DNA of 56,963 bases, counting the filler, from Dugesia japonica (taxonomy: Eukaryota), in the NCBI GenBank assembly GCA_001938525.1. It is 6 parts of 6 records of this genome, joined end to end, with 100 filler letters (N's around TTAATTAATTAA, not from the genome) between each part and the next. Parts side by side here need not be neighbours in the genome. Positions count along the whole stretch, not along the records: positions 1 to 8,950 come from MQRL01629266.1; positions 9,051 to 17,708 come from MQRL01512977.1; 4 more parts are not named here. One strand, 5' to 3'. The translations under genes and the position numbers were made by a program. Below are positions 1 to 10,228 of this stretch, one piece after another. Each line of letters opens with the position of its first letter. Positions within the stretch are counted from its first letter, which is position 1. The notes below the pieces were generated by a model, which did no database searches, was not told the DNA's origin, and saw only the letters and a list, made by a program, of their open reading frames with translations.

Positions 1-484
1 GTTGCTTTGATTGCAACTGTCTGCATCTTAAGCCAGGTCTTTTGAATGCTGAGAAGGCAACATGAGAAGAAATGAAAGAAGTTATTGAGATAGACTATAC
101 GTTATAATAGCTTTATGTGTTCACGAAAATAAATCTTTTGTTAGGATAAATGAGCTTGTAAACTGTTGAGTCATGACTTGTAAAGTTAGCTAAACAACTA
201 CAATAAAGAAAATCACTNCAGCATGAGAAAATGAAACTCAAAGACGGGATTTTGNATAGTCCCACATGAACTCAGGGTAGATGTCACAATGCACGAGGCA
301 TTGTCAAATTTCTGCCGGTTTCAGGGTATCTATCCCTAGAAGATGTTAAAGTAGTGAATGCATAATGAAGGACAAATTAAAGAAGAAGAACCAAGGGAGA
401 GCCGAAATTCCACAAGGAAATATTAACAACGAAAACCTCAAAGCCCAACGATATTATAACTATTAAAATATAATTTATTAAAAA

Positions 485-826
485 CTAGTTATACCTGGCT
501 ACTCGTTGCTGTGGTTCAGTTTGGTTGAATGAAACAGATAAGAAAAGAGAATGAATACATTTCTAATATNNNNNNNNNNNNNNNNNNNNNNNNNNNNNNN
601 NNNNNNNNNNNNNNNNNNNGTTTTTGGAGTTTTTCGATTTTGAACAAATGGAAATTTACATTTTTATTTATATAGATAATGTAGGCATATTATAATATAG
701 TCGGTATATATGATCATGACTGAATTCGAATGCAACGTTGTGTCAAATTTTCAAGGCTATCAGTAAACAATTTTCGGAGTTTTTCGATTTTGAAAAAACG
801 AAAATTTACATTTTTATTTATATAGA
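485..826 (-). mobile_element. Short non-autonomous Helitron-like element (two 5' ends, at 676 and 826)
   Basis: The minus strand reads A|TCTATATAAATAAAAATGTAAATTT... at both 676 and 826 (621-677 is a near copy of 771-827). It ends ...GCAACGAGTAGCCAGGTATAACTAG|T at 485. This gives 5'-TC, 3'-CTAG and insertion between A and T. Confidence 0.6.
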
Positions 827-1863
827 TTGAAATGAATTTAATAAAAGAAATTGTAAAAATGAAAATAAAAATTTCATTAATAATGAAAATGTTCAAGTTT
901 TAAGAGTGTATTAAAAGGATTTTCTTTAATATTTTGTTAGAGATCCGAGTTTTTGACAATAGTCTTCTGCAGGGATTCACTTTTAATTTTAAGTATGAAA
1001 TTTAATATAAAAATATCAGTAATTAAAAATTTAATTAGAAGTTATTATTAAAAAGTGTTGTATAAAATAAAATTCCAAAAATAAAAGTAAAAAGAAATAA
1101 AAAANNAAAAAATTATTAATTAATACATATTTTTAAATTAAATTTTATGGATTATAAATTATTGTTTTATTTTGAATTTTATTTCCTACAAAATAAATTT
1201 TAAAAGTATTGAAACTATTTTTGTATTTACGCTTATTCAAATAAACTTTAAAAATCTATCAAATTATTTCATAGTCAATTAAAAATAATTAAAAAATGCA
1301 GAAAGGAAATATATATTTTAAACAGTTTAGATGGCTTTTTCTTCAAAATAACAGCATGATTGCATCTCATCTATTTGTTTTCATGGGAAAATTGGATTTA
1401 ATATTAATTTTGATTTAAACTGTAAAGTGTTGTTACAAGAATAAAATCTGCAAAAATTTCAAACAATTGAACTTTTCATCAGAAGAATAAAATAATAAGT
1501 TAATCTACAAAATATAAAATAAATATTTCGCCAAAAATGTTTTCGATTACTGTCTCATTAAAACTAATAGAGAATAACAATAATCGTTGGCGATTAATAA
1601 AAATAAATTACAAATACAAAAGAAATCCACTTTAAGAAAAAAGCAAATTATAAAAACAAAAGTAAACATTAGCCATTCACCGTAAAAAATCGAGATATCA
1701 ATTTTTTATACATACCAAAATAAAGCGATTCTAACGCTCACTCAGTGGACAAAATACCCATTTAAATACTTCATTTTACAACAAGAGCATAAAAGGTATG
1801 TTTAATACCCACTTTGAGCAGCGAAATTTAAATCTTATAAAAAGTAGGCATTAAATTAAAATT

Positions 1864-3561
1864 TCAGTTTAACACTTGGGTACTTTTTGATAATATATTA
1901 TGTACTATATTCACACCTTTTACTGATACACTTTGATGGCCCCAACCTGGCGTAAAGATCGATTCTTTAACAGGATACCATACTAATTCGTCTGGTTTCC
2001 ATTTATCTACAGAAGAATCACTAAATCTGTAAATTTCACCATCTAGTTCGGTGATAGTAAATGAGAAATGCTCAGGCATATTTTCAATTGCATAAATTTT
2101 CCACTTTTTTGTTTGAGGATCATACATAGAAACTTTACATGATTGAATTAAATAAAGTCGATCGCTAACAGCTATGAGCTTATAACATCCCCATATATTT
2201 TCTGGAATTGGTTTTATATAAGTCCATTGATTAATTAATGGATCGTATACTTCACTGGAACACAACCATTGTGTTAAAACCGCTCCATAATCTCCTGAAT
2301 TTCCACCACAAACATAAATTTTATCATTTAAAGTTGCTGCAGTTGATCTATTTCGTTTTGATAATAAAGGTGCTATGTGTACCCATCTATTGGTTTTAAT
2401 TGTATACCTTTCTACACTGGATAAAGTTTCCCAACCTTCTCGATGACCACCAATTGCATAAATCTTTTGGTTTAAAACCACTGAAGCAAAGAAAAACCGA
2501 CATTCTTGCATCGGGGCAGAAGGAGACCATTGTAAATTCAGCAGTGAAAATTTGAATACAGATGGAGTTGGTAAAAACTTTTCACATAAACCACCAAGCA
2601 TGTATAAATAATCATCAAGTACTACAGTTTCAAAAAATACTCGACCAGTTGGAATATTTGAGCATCGAGGAAGAATTGACCATGTGTCATCACGATTATT
2701 ATAAACTTTGATCTTCCGATAAGGTGANCAAAACATTCCACCCCCAAATACTAAAATGCATTGATGGGGTAAACGTGGTCTACTTAGATGATGTGCTTCT
2801 GGTAAAACTCTCATCCCTCTTTTACTACGTAAAATTTGTCGCTTGGCAAGTACTAACGTCATTTTAAGAGATTGTGGTAATTTTTTAACTAAACTGTTTT
2901 TTTCAATAGTATTTATTTCATTTAATGATAGCCTTGCCAACCTTAAACAATTTAATAATGATACTAGATATTTCTCCCGAATTATCAAATCATTTTCTGT
3001 CCACTTGATAACAGCATCGAAAAGTTGAATTTCATTTTGAACATTAACTCTGTCATCATCTAAAAATGTTTTCAGTTCTTCATAATTTAATTTTAAGAAG
3101 TCAACATATTTCGAAATTGCAGAAAAGTTTTCAAGCATATAAAGATGAATTTTTGTCATTACTGATAAATTCAGTTGCTTTGCTAATTTCCATGCATCCC
3201 AACAGTTTTCAATTTTAATCGTATTAATTAAAAACTGTTCACATGCTTCAAGCATAGAGTTGACATCAAACCGTTTAGCAATATCAATTAGTTTTTCTAC
3301 ATTTTGTCGAGTAACATCTACTTCTCCAATATGAGCATAGCGAAGTATTATTTCTAAATCCTTTGGTTGATCACAATCAAAATTCAATTTTCCATCTCTG
3401 CCAACGGATTGTAAAAGATTCCAAAACGCTTGACTTGCTGTAGCTAGTTTGAATGCATTTATCATAAGCTTTTGTGAACCATTCACATAAAGTTCTCTGG
3501 TAAGAAGCCAAGGCATGTTGAAATCTAAGAGGCAATTTGGATCTAAATTTTCATTGGACAT
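1864..3561 (-). CDS. Kelch-like protein (BTB-BACK-Kelch repeats), putative Cullin3 substrate adaptor; single exon
   Basis: 565-aa ORF with BTB (LEIILRYAHIGEVDVTRQNVEKLIDIAKRFDV..CEQFL), BACK (LNYEELKTFLDDDRVNVQNEIQLFDAVIKW) and repeated Kelch GG...Y...W motifs (LYMLGG, IYAIGG..SSVERY, IYVCGG..SEVYDP..NQW). Confidence 0.93.
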   Translation of the reverse strand: MSNENLDPNCLLDFNMPWLLTRELYVNGSQKLMINAFKLATASQAFWNLLQSVGRDGKLNFDCDQPKDLEIILRYAHIGEVDVTRQNVEKLIDIAKRFDVNSMLEACEQFLINTIKIENCWDAWKLAKQLNLSVMTKIHLYMLENFSAISKYVDFLKLNYEELKTFLDDDRVNVQNEIQLFDAVIKWTENDLIIREKYLVSLLNCLRLARLSLNEINTIEKNSLVKKLPQSLKMTLVLAKRQILRSKRGMRVLPEAHHLSRPRLPHQCILVFGGGMFXSPYRKIKVYNNRDDTWSILPRCSNIPTGRVFFETVVLDDYLYMLGGLCEKFLPTPSVFKFSLLNLQWSPSAPMQECRFFFASVVLNQKIYAIGGHREGWETLSSVERYTIKTNRWVHIAPLLSKRNRSTAATLNDKIYVCGGNSGDYGAVLTQWLCSSEVYDPLINQWTYIKPIPENIWGCYKLIAVSDRLYLIQSCKVSMYDPQTKKWKIYAIENMPEHFSFTITELDGEIYRFSDSSVDKWKPDELVWYPVKESIFTPGWGHQSVSVKGVNIVHNILSKSTQVLN

Positions 3562-3870
3562 GATAGAATACTTTTTCTGATGTAATTGTTTGATGGGTAT
3601 TAATATTTATTATTCATATAAATCAATATATTTTAATTTTAAACTCACATAAATTTTTATCGGAAATTTTCTCTGTTTAAATAAGGCCTAAATGGCTTCA
3701 CGGGCCATTTTTTATTTTGTAACATTATAATTGGCCGCACTTAAAATAAAAATTTTTTTTTTAATTTAATAAGTAATAAATATGCAAAATCAAAATAATT
3801 TTTTTATTTTTAAAAGAAAAAATTATATCAATATAAGTATTAGTATATCTACTTTTATAAACAAGTACAA

Positions 3871-4986
3871 TAGTAAAAGTACTCACATTAGGGGCTTAAA
3901 TCCCAAAACNAAGTTTTTTTAATTTCTTGAAAGAAAATAAAATATTTTAGTGACCATGACAGTATACCAAAAAAATTAGTTAAATCATAATTAATACAAT
4001 TGTGATGCAAAACAGCTAAAATAAATTAAGAAAAAACAGGATACTTTTTTACTATTCAGCTCACAATAAGACATTGAATTAAAATCATCTATTTAAATTT
4101 GCACATTATATCAAAGAAACACATCAATTTTCATTAATTAAAATTGTTTTACAAAAACAATNNNNNNNNNNNNNNNNNNNNNNNNGGTTCACATGCAGTA
4201 ATTAAATATATAAAATAAAAATAGTCAATATGATAGATTCTAGAATTATGTAATTAAAGTTATCAAGTAAAATGAAGTTTATTACGATGGATTTGTTGGA
4301 CAGGTTTTACAACTAAAACAACTTCTTAATTATGGTTTACTATATATTTTCTAAAAATGCATTAGTCAACTAAAATCTAAAAATATGTTTGTAAAGAGGT
4401 ATAAGGAGTTAAGTCTGTGTATTAAATCTATAGTCATTATGCATTATACCAAACATGTGCAACTTAGTCGTGACTGTTGGCCGGGAAATAAATATTAAAT
4501 AAAATCGCGGTCCTGACTTATAACTGGAATTTAAAAATAGTATTGAATAGAAACTTACGGAGAAATTTAGAAAATAATATTAGAAGTGTATCAACATTGT
4601 GGTGAATGATAGAGCTGTTGGGTTGGAACACATAATTTTAGTGCAAGAGAGCTAACAAAGCATCCCCAAATAATCCGACAATTATCAGAGAACAAACAGA
4701 CAAACGAGTAAAAATGGGTACGGGGCCAGATATTTTACACTATATTATTATTATTATTATTACATAATTATTATTATTATTAGTACAATTATTATATTAT
4801 TATTATCGGAACGAGAAAAATGAAAATTGGGNNNNNNNNNNNNNNNNNNNNNNNNNNNNNNNNNNNNNNNNNNNNNNNNNNGATTTGACTGCAATATTTG
4901 CAAATAAAGCCAAATCTCACAATTCAAAAGATATTAGTAAAAGATATTAGTAAAAGTACTCACATTAGGGGCTTAAATCCCAAAAC
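3871..4986 (+). repeat. 39-bp direct repeat pair (3871-3909 and 4948-4986)
   Basis: TAGTAAAAGTACTCACATTAGGGGCTTAAATCCCAAAAC occurs identically at both positions. Confidence 0.85.
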
Positions 4987-5088
4987 ATTAACAATAACAA
5001 TTTAACATACATTTATTCAATTTCATTCCTAAAATGTCAGGGATTTGATGTTAGAATTAGGGATTTGACTGCAATATTTGCAAATAAA

Positions 5089-5237
5089 GCCAAATCCCCC
5101 AATTCAAAACCCAAATCCCAAATCTCAAATTCTCCAAATCCCAAAACCCAAATCCCAAATCCCAACATCAAATCCCAAATTCCAACATCAAATCCCAAAT
5201 CCTCCAATTCCAAATACCAAATCCTCCAAATCCAAAT
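5089..5237 (+). repeat. Degenerate 7-mer tandem repeat (CCAAATC)n upstream of pPolB
   Basis: Run of ccaaatc/cccaaat variants. It accounts for the low-complexity first ~68 aa of ORF 5065 and for spurious ORF 5037-5276. Confidence 0.85.
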
Positions 5238-7025
5238 TAAAAATATAAATGTTAAAGTAAAAAATAAAATGAGCATATCATTAAATTTGTTCTTTAGAAA
5301 AATGCGTAGAACGTCAAGTAGAATACCAACTAGAATACTACCAACACCAAGTACGAGTAGTAGTGCAGCAGCAATGCAACCAAGTACTAGTAGTAGTGTA
5401 GTAGCAGTGCAAACACGAAGATTAAGTGTAGTAAAAAGTAATAAAACATTTCAATGTAATCATTGTAAGAAATGGTTTAAGAGCAATGTAGGTCTTGGAA
5501 ATCATATTAAATCAAGAACTTGTGCAAACCCATTATTACCAAGAATTAAATGTCCAAAACCTGGATGTTACAGAACATTCGCAACAGAAACAGTTTTACA
5601 AAATCATTTAAATACTTCCAGATGTGGTGATCAAACAATTGTCTCCTTACACTGTGAACTTTGCAATAAAAAATTTAAATATCAAAGTCATGCAAGAGCT
5701 CATTATAATTCTGCTAAACATAAAGAAAAACAAAATATAAATGCATTCGGTGAATTACCACAAGATGAAGCAATTTTGTATGAGCCTGAAGTTCGTGATA
5801 TTTTTAGAATGTATAATAATAAGTTTAAAATTATTTATTATATAGGAAGCAGAGTTGGTTTTACAAAAGAAGTTGAAAAAATATTTCCACAAGATATTCA
5901 AGATATTAAAATATTTAAATCAGAAATTGAAGAAATTGTCAGAAAGTATTTTAACTTTGCTAAAAAAATGATTATAGATATTACAGTAAAATGTAATTAT
6001 GAAAAAATGATAAATAATCATTTAGAGACAAAAGTATTTAAATCATATTGTGAAAATAAAAAATATAATAGAATTATAATGGAAAGTGAAATTGAAAAAA
6101 ACTTAACCGATGTGCTTACTCATTTAGAAAATAACATTCAAGATGCAGAAAAAGAAGGTTCTGGATGGTCACTAAAAAATATTATTGAATTTACATTTAC
6201 ATGTCATAAATATCAATCTTTAGCTGGGGCAACATATCAAAAGTTGCCTTATAGAAAACCAGGAGTTATTAACATTGAAAATAGAGACAATAAATGTTTC
6301 TTGTATTCAATCTTAGCCCACAAATATAATAATTTTACACATCCAACAGATGTAAATAATTATATCCCTCATTTAGAAGAATTAAATTATGAAGGACTAC
6401 ATTTTCCAATGTGTATTTGTGATATTCATAAATTTGAAGAAATAAATAATTGGAAAATAAATGTATTTTCAGTTAACACAACTAAAGAACTTCAACCATT
6501 ATACATTTCACATCTCACCCAAAAACCAAATCCAGAAGAAAAGATGTGTAATTTATTAATATATAAAGAGCATTACATTTTATGTAGAGATATTAATGTA
6601 TTTTTTGCAACAAATGGAAATCAAAACCATGTATGTTTGAGATGCATGAATTGTTATTCAAGTGAAGAGGTTTTAAAAAATCATCAAGAACTTTGCGTTC
6701 ACCATAAACCTAATAATATTAGATTTCCAAAAGAAGATTATTATAAATTCAATAAATTTTATCAAAAAAATAAAGTGCCATTTTATATTGTTGGACAGAT
6801 AATAAAACTAATAAACAAAAAAGTTTAGCTTTAGGAATTTATGTTAAATCTGATTACCCTGAATTATTAGAAAGTAAATACTACGAATTCTCAGGAGAAA
6901 ATACTCATCAACAAATGTTTAAGTTTTTAGATGACATAAATGAAAAAATAAATTTTATTAAAAATGATTTAACATTAAAATATTACATGGGAAGAGATCA
7001 CCCAGAATTCGATCCAAATATTAAA

Positions 7026-7118
7026 TGTAGATATTGTGATAATGATGTTAAAGATCCAGTAATTGATCACAATCATTATAATGGCAACTTTCGTGGATGG
7101 ACATGTAGAGAATGCAAT
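7026..7118 (+). other. HNH / endonuclease VII-like domain inserted in the pPolB exonuclease domain
   Basis: CRYC...VIDHNHYNGNFRGWTCRECN lies between ExoI and ExoII. Confidence 0.85.
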
Positions 7119-8771
7119 TTAAATGATAAATCTTCTGGTTATAATTTATTTATTCCATTTTATTTTCATAATTTATCGGGATATGATTCACATTTATTTT
7201 TTAGGGAATTATTAAAAAATTCTCCAGGAAAAGTGAAAAAAATAATTCCACACAAGTCAGAAAGTTACATTTCATTCCAATATGAAAATATTAGATTTCT
7301 CGATTTAAATAGATTAATACCATTTACTCCAGTAGAAAAAATGGGGGAATTATTAACACAATCCAACAATTTTCCAATATTAAGATCATTTGATTTAAGA
7401 CCTAAAAAAGCATTATTCCCTTATGAATATGTTGTAGGGGAGAATATCGATGAAGTTGAAAAATTATTAAAAAGTAAAAAAATTCCTGAGAAAGAAATAT
7501 TCTTCAATACATTAAAACAAAAAGATATAACTTTTAAAGATTATGTAAAATTTTTAAAAGAATATTTTAAATTTAATAACATGCATGAATACATGCTTCA
7601 TTATATGAAGTTAGATGTTTTAATTCTAGCAGATTATATTGAAGATTTCAGAAACAAATGTATGAATGGAATTTTTAAATTAGATCCATGTTATTCTTAT
7701 TCAATGCCTGGATATGCTTGGGAAGTTGGAAATTATTATTCAGAGGTAAAATTAAAATATATAAAATCAGAAACCTATGACACATCTTTAAGAAATGAAA
7801 AAGGTATTCGCGGTGGCTTATCATCTGAATTAAGTGATAGACAAGTATTTGCACACAATAAAACTAAAAATCCAAATTTTAAACAAATAAATAAAGCACA
7901 ACTTGATGAATTCCTTAAAATGTTGAAGGAAGGAAAAAATCTTCCAGAAGATTCATTTGAAGATATATTTATAAAATATATTGATGAAAATAGTTTATAT
8001 GCAAGCTGTATGACAATGCCGCTTCCAACAGGAGAGATTATTGAGTGCAGTGAGTTAACATATGAAAAACCAACAGAATTTAAAAATTATATTTATGAAG
8101 TGGATTTAGATTATCCACCAGATATCCACGAGAAAACTAGATACTTACCATTAGCCCCAGATAGATTAAATATTACAGAAGATATGTTAAGTAATTATCA
8201 GAAAAGTTTTAAAAGGAAATTAGGAAAACAAAATATAAAACTTACACTAAATCAATTCGATAAAAAGAATTATATAACACTAGGATCAACTTTAGATTTA
8301 TATCTTGAGTTGGGTATGAAAATTAAAACAATACATAAAAAATATGAAATGGAAGTTAAACCATGGTTTAGAGAATATGTTTATAAATTAATAGCTTTGA
8401 GAAGAGAAGCCAAAGCAAATAATGATGCATCAGGTGATCATATTTATAAATTAATGTTAAATGCTTATTATGGAAAAACCCTCGAAAATATTAGAAATCG
8501 ATGTGATGTGGAAATTGTGGATAATGATAGAGATTACCAAAAATTTGCATCAAAATTGACATTTAAATCCAGTAAAGTATTTACATATAATAATGAATCT
8601 GAAGCTGAAATAGCAGCAATGCATATGACTAAATCAAATTTATATTACAATAAATTCCCCTATATTGGATTTACTATTTTAGAGCATGCGAAATATGTAA
8701 TGTATGAATTTGTATATAAACAATTAGATCCATTAGTTGGACAAGGAAATTACAGATTACTTTATACGGAT

Positions 8772-8950
8772 AGTGTAACAAAAGATACTCCAATAATTCT
8801 TAAGAGAAATAATAAAGTTGAAATAATAAAGATTTCAGAAATTTCTAAAGATTTTAAAGAAAGAAATGATGGAAAAGAATATGCAGAAATAGAAAATTAT
8901 GAAATATGGACCAAAAGTGGATGGGTAAAATTAAAGAAAGTAATTAAACA
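8772..8950 (+). mobile_element. Intein (N-terminal splicing region) inserted at the Pol-c site YTD/TDS of pPolB; remainder missing at the gap
   Basis: After LLYTD the expected TDS is replaced in frame by SVTKDTPIILKRNNKVEIIKISEI...YEIWTKSGWVKLKKVIK. This has Ser1 and a block-A pattern, and resembles Pol-c inteins of archaeal and giant-virus PolBs. Confidence 0.85.
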
Positions 8951-9050
8951 NNNNNNNNNNNNNNNNNNNNNNNNNNNNNNNNNNNNNNNNNNNNTTAATT
9001 AATTAANNNNNNNNNNNNNNNNNNNNNNNNNNNNNNNNNNNNNNNNNNNN
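8951..9050. other. Artificial scaffold spacer
   Basis: 44 N + TTAATTAATTAA (stops in all six frames, 8995-9006) + 44 N. Confidence 0.97.
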
Positions 9051-9347
9051 AGTAAAAGGAAATTTATTTTAAATTTTAAATAAATATGTAAAATGTTTTG
9101 AAATAAATTATAATAAATTAATTTTAAATTAAATTAAGTTTCAATTTAAAAAAATGATTGGATAATAAAATAAAATTTTTAATGAATAAAATTTTTAATA
9201 TAAAATAAAAGTTGTCTTAAATTTTAAATAAATAAATAAAATGTTTGAAATAAATTAAATTAAATTTAAATAAATAAATTACAGTNNNNNNNNNNNNNNN
9301 NNNNNNNNNNNNNNNNNNNNNNNNNNNNNNNNNNNNNNNNNNNNNNN

Positions 9348-9447
9348 TAGTGTTAAGCATAGTTTTTATTTGAAATAAATTTTATGGAATTGAATTTTGA
9401 TGTTGATAATCCGAGTTTTCACAACTCATCTAACATGGTGGCAGCTG
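9348..9447 (+). promoter_or_regulatory. 3' end of a 5' LTR and primer-binding site
   Basis: An AATAAA is followed by ...CTAACA (9435) and immediately by TGGTGGCAGC, directly upstream of a gag. Confidence 0.6.
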
Positions 9448-9469
9448 TAAACACCGATGTGATAACATA

Positions 9470-10228
9470 GAGACTATTGCCAAAACATTTTCTAGAGGCG
9501 ATGATCTAGAAAAGTTTATTAAACGGTGTGAAATATACTTTGAGGCAAAGAACATCGTTTTTGAAAAAGATCAGGAACGTTGGGTAACATGTATGCTTCA
9601 TGAAGATTTAGTGGAAGGATATGTAAAGACATTGAATAAAGTGGATGGATATCGAGAGAGATTGNGATTACCTTTTGAGAAAAAGAGAGACATTATAAAA
9701 GATTTATAGAATCTTGTAAGCTATCAACGTGGTGATGAAGAACTTGAGGTGTGTTTTAAAAACAGTAGAAGATTTGGTCCCTAAATCCTTAGCAAATGAA
9801 CAGCTAACCAAAGAAAAATGGTTATCAAAAATGCTAATAATTTGTGCAAATAGTAAAAAAACAGAAGAGATTATCATGCGAAAATTGGAAAAAGTAGAAG
9901 ACATAAAAGAAACTTTATCATTAGTTAAAAAAATAGAAAGAAGAGAACCTATTAACATAGTAAAGAGTTACGCTGGTGTAACATGTGGAAAACGTTTTGG
10001 ATAAAGGAGACAAAATATTGAGAGAGTTACAAAAATAACAGAACAACAGTGTTGGACATGCCAGAGTTATGGGCATACAAAAGAGAGTGTCCAAAAAATT
10101 CTCATGTGGAATATTACACTTGTCACAAAAAAGGGTATTTTAGTAGAAATTGTCCAGACAAGAAACCACCAAAATGTCCTGAGTATGGTAAGATTGATCA
10201 TATCAGAAAGATGTGCACAGAAATTGGA
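9470..10228 (+). pseudogene. gag: LTR-retrotransposon gag with three degenerate CCHC zinc knuckles
   Basis: Frameshifted reading KTFSRGDDLEKFIKRCEIYFEAK... followed by CWTCQSYGH..EC, YYTCHKKGYFSRNC and CPEYGKIDHIRKMC. Confidence 0.8.

Larger units (their letters stand above)
5269..8950 (+). pseudogene. pPolB: Polinton/Maverick protein-primed family B DNA polymerase, frameshifted at ~6795 and 3'-truncated by the scaffold end
   Basis: ORFs 5065-6828 and 6915-9002 form one gene (likely ATG at 5269 or 5302). Motifs in order: three N-terminal Zn fingers, EGSGW, OTU-like DNKCFLYSI...HY, CLRC..H..LC finger, ExoII YFHNLSGYD, ExoIII YMKLDV, IRGG, motif A DENSLY, motif B KLMLNAYYGK, motif C LLYTD. Confidence 0.95.

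Noticed and set aside
1-440. Possible LTR-element pol remnant (MKLKDGIL..)
   Set aside because: Too short and degenerate to support.
5037-5276. ORF 5037-5276 (minus) and the first 68 aa of ORF 5065
   Set aside because: These are translations of the CCAAATC repeat; ORF 5065 has no ATG until 5269.
8772-8950. Reading YTDS as a shortened but functional motif C, or the insert as a Hedgehog Hint domain
   Set aside because: The second catalytic Asp and the downstream pPolB motifs are absent. The insert starts with Ser at a known intein site, whereas Hedgehog Hint domains start with Cys after a signalling domain.
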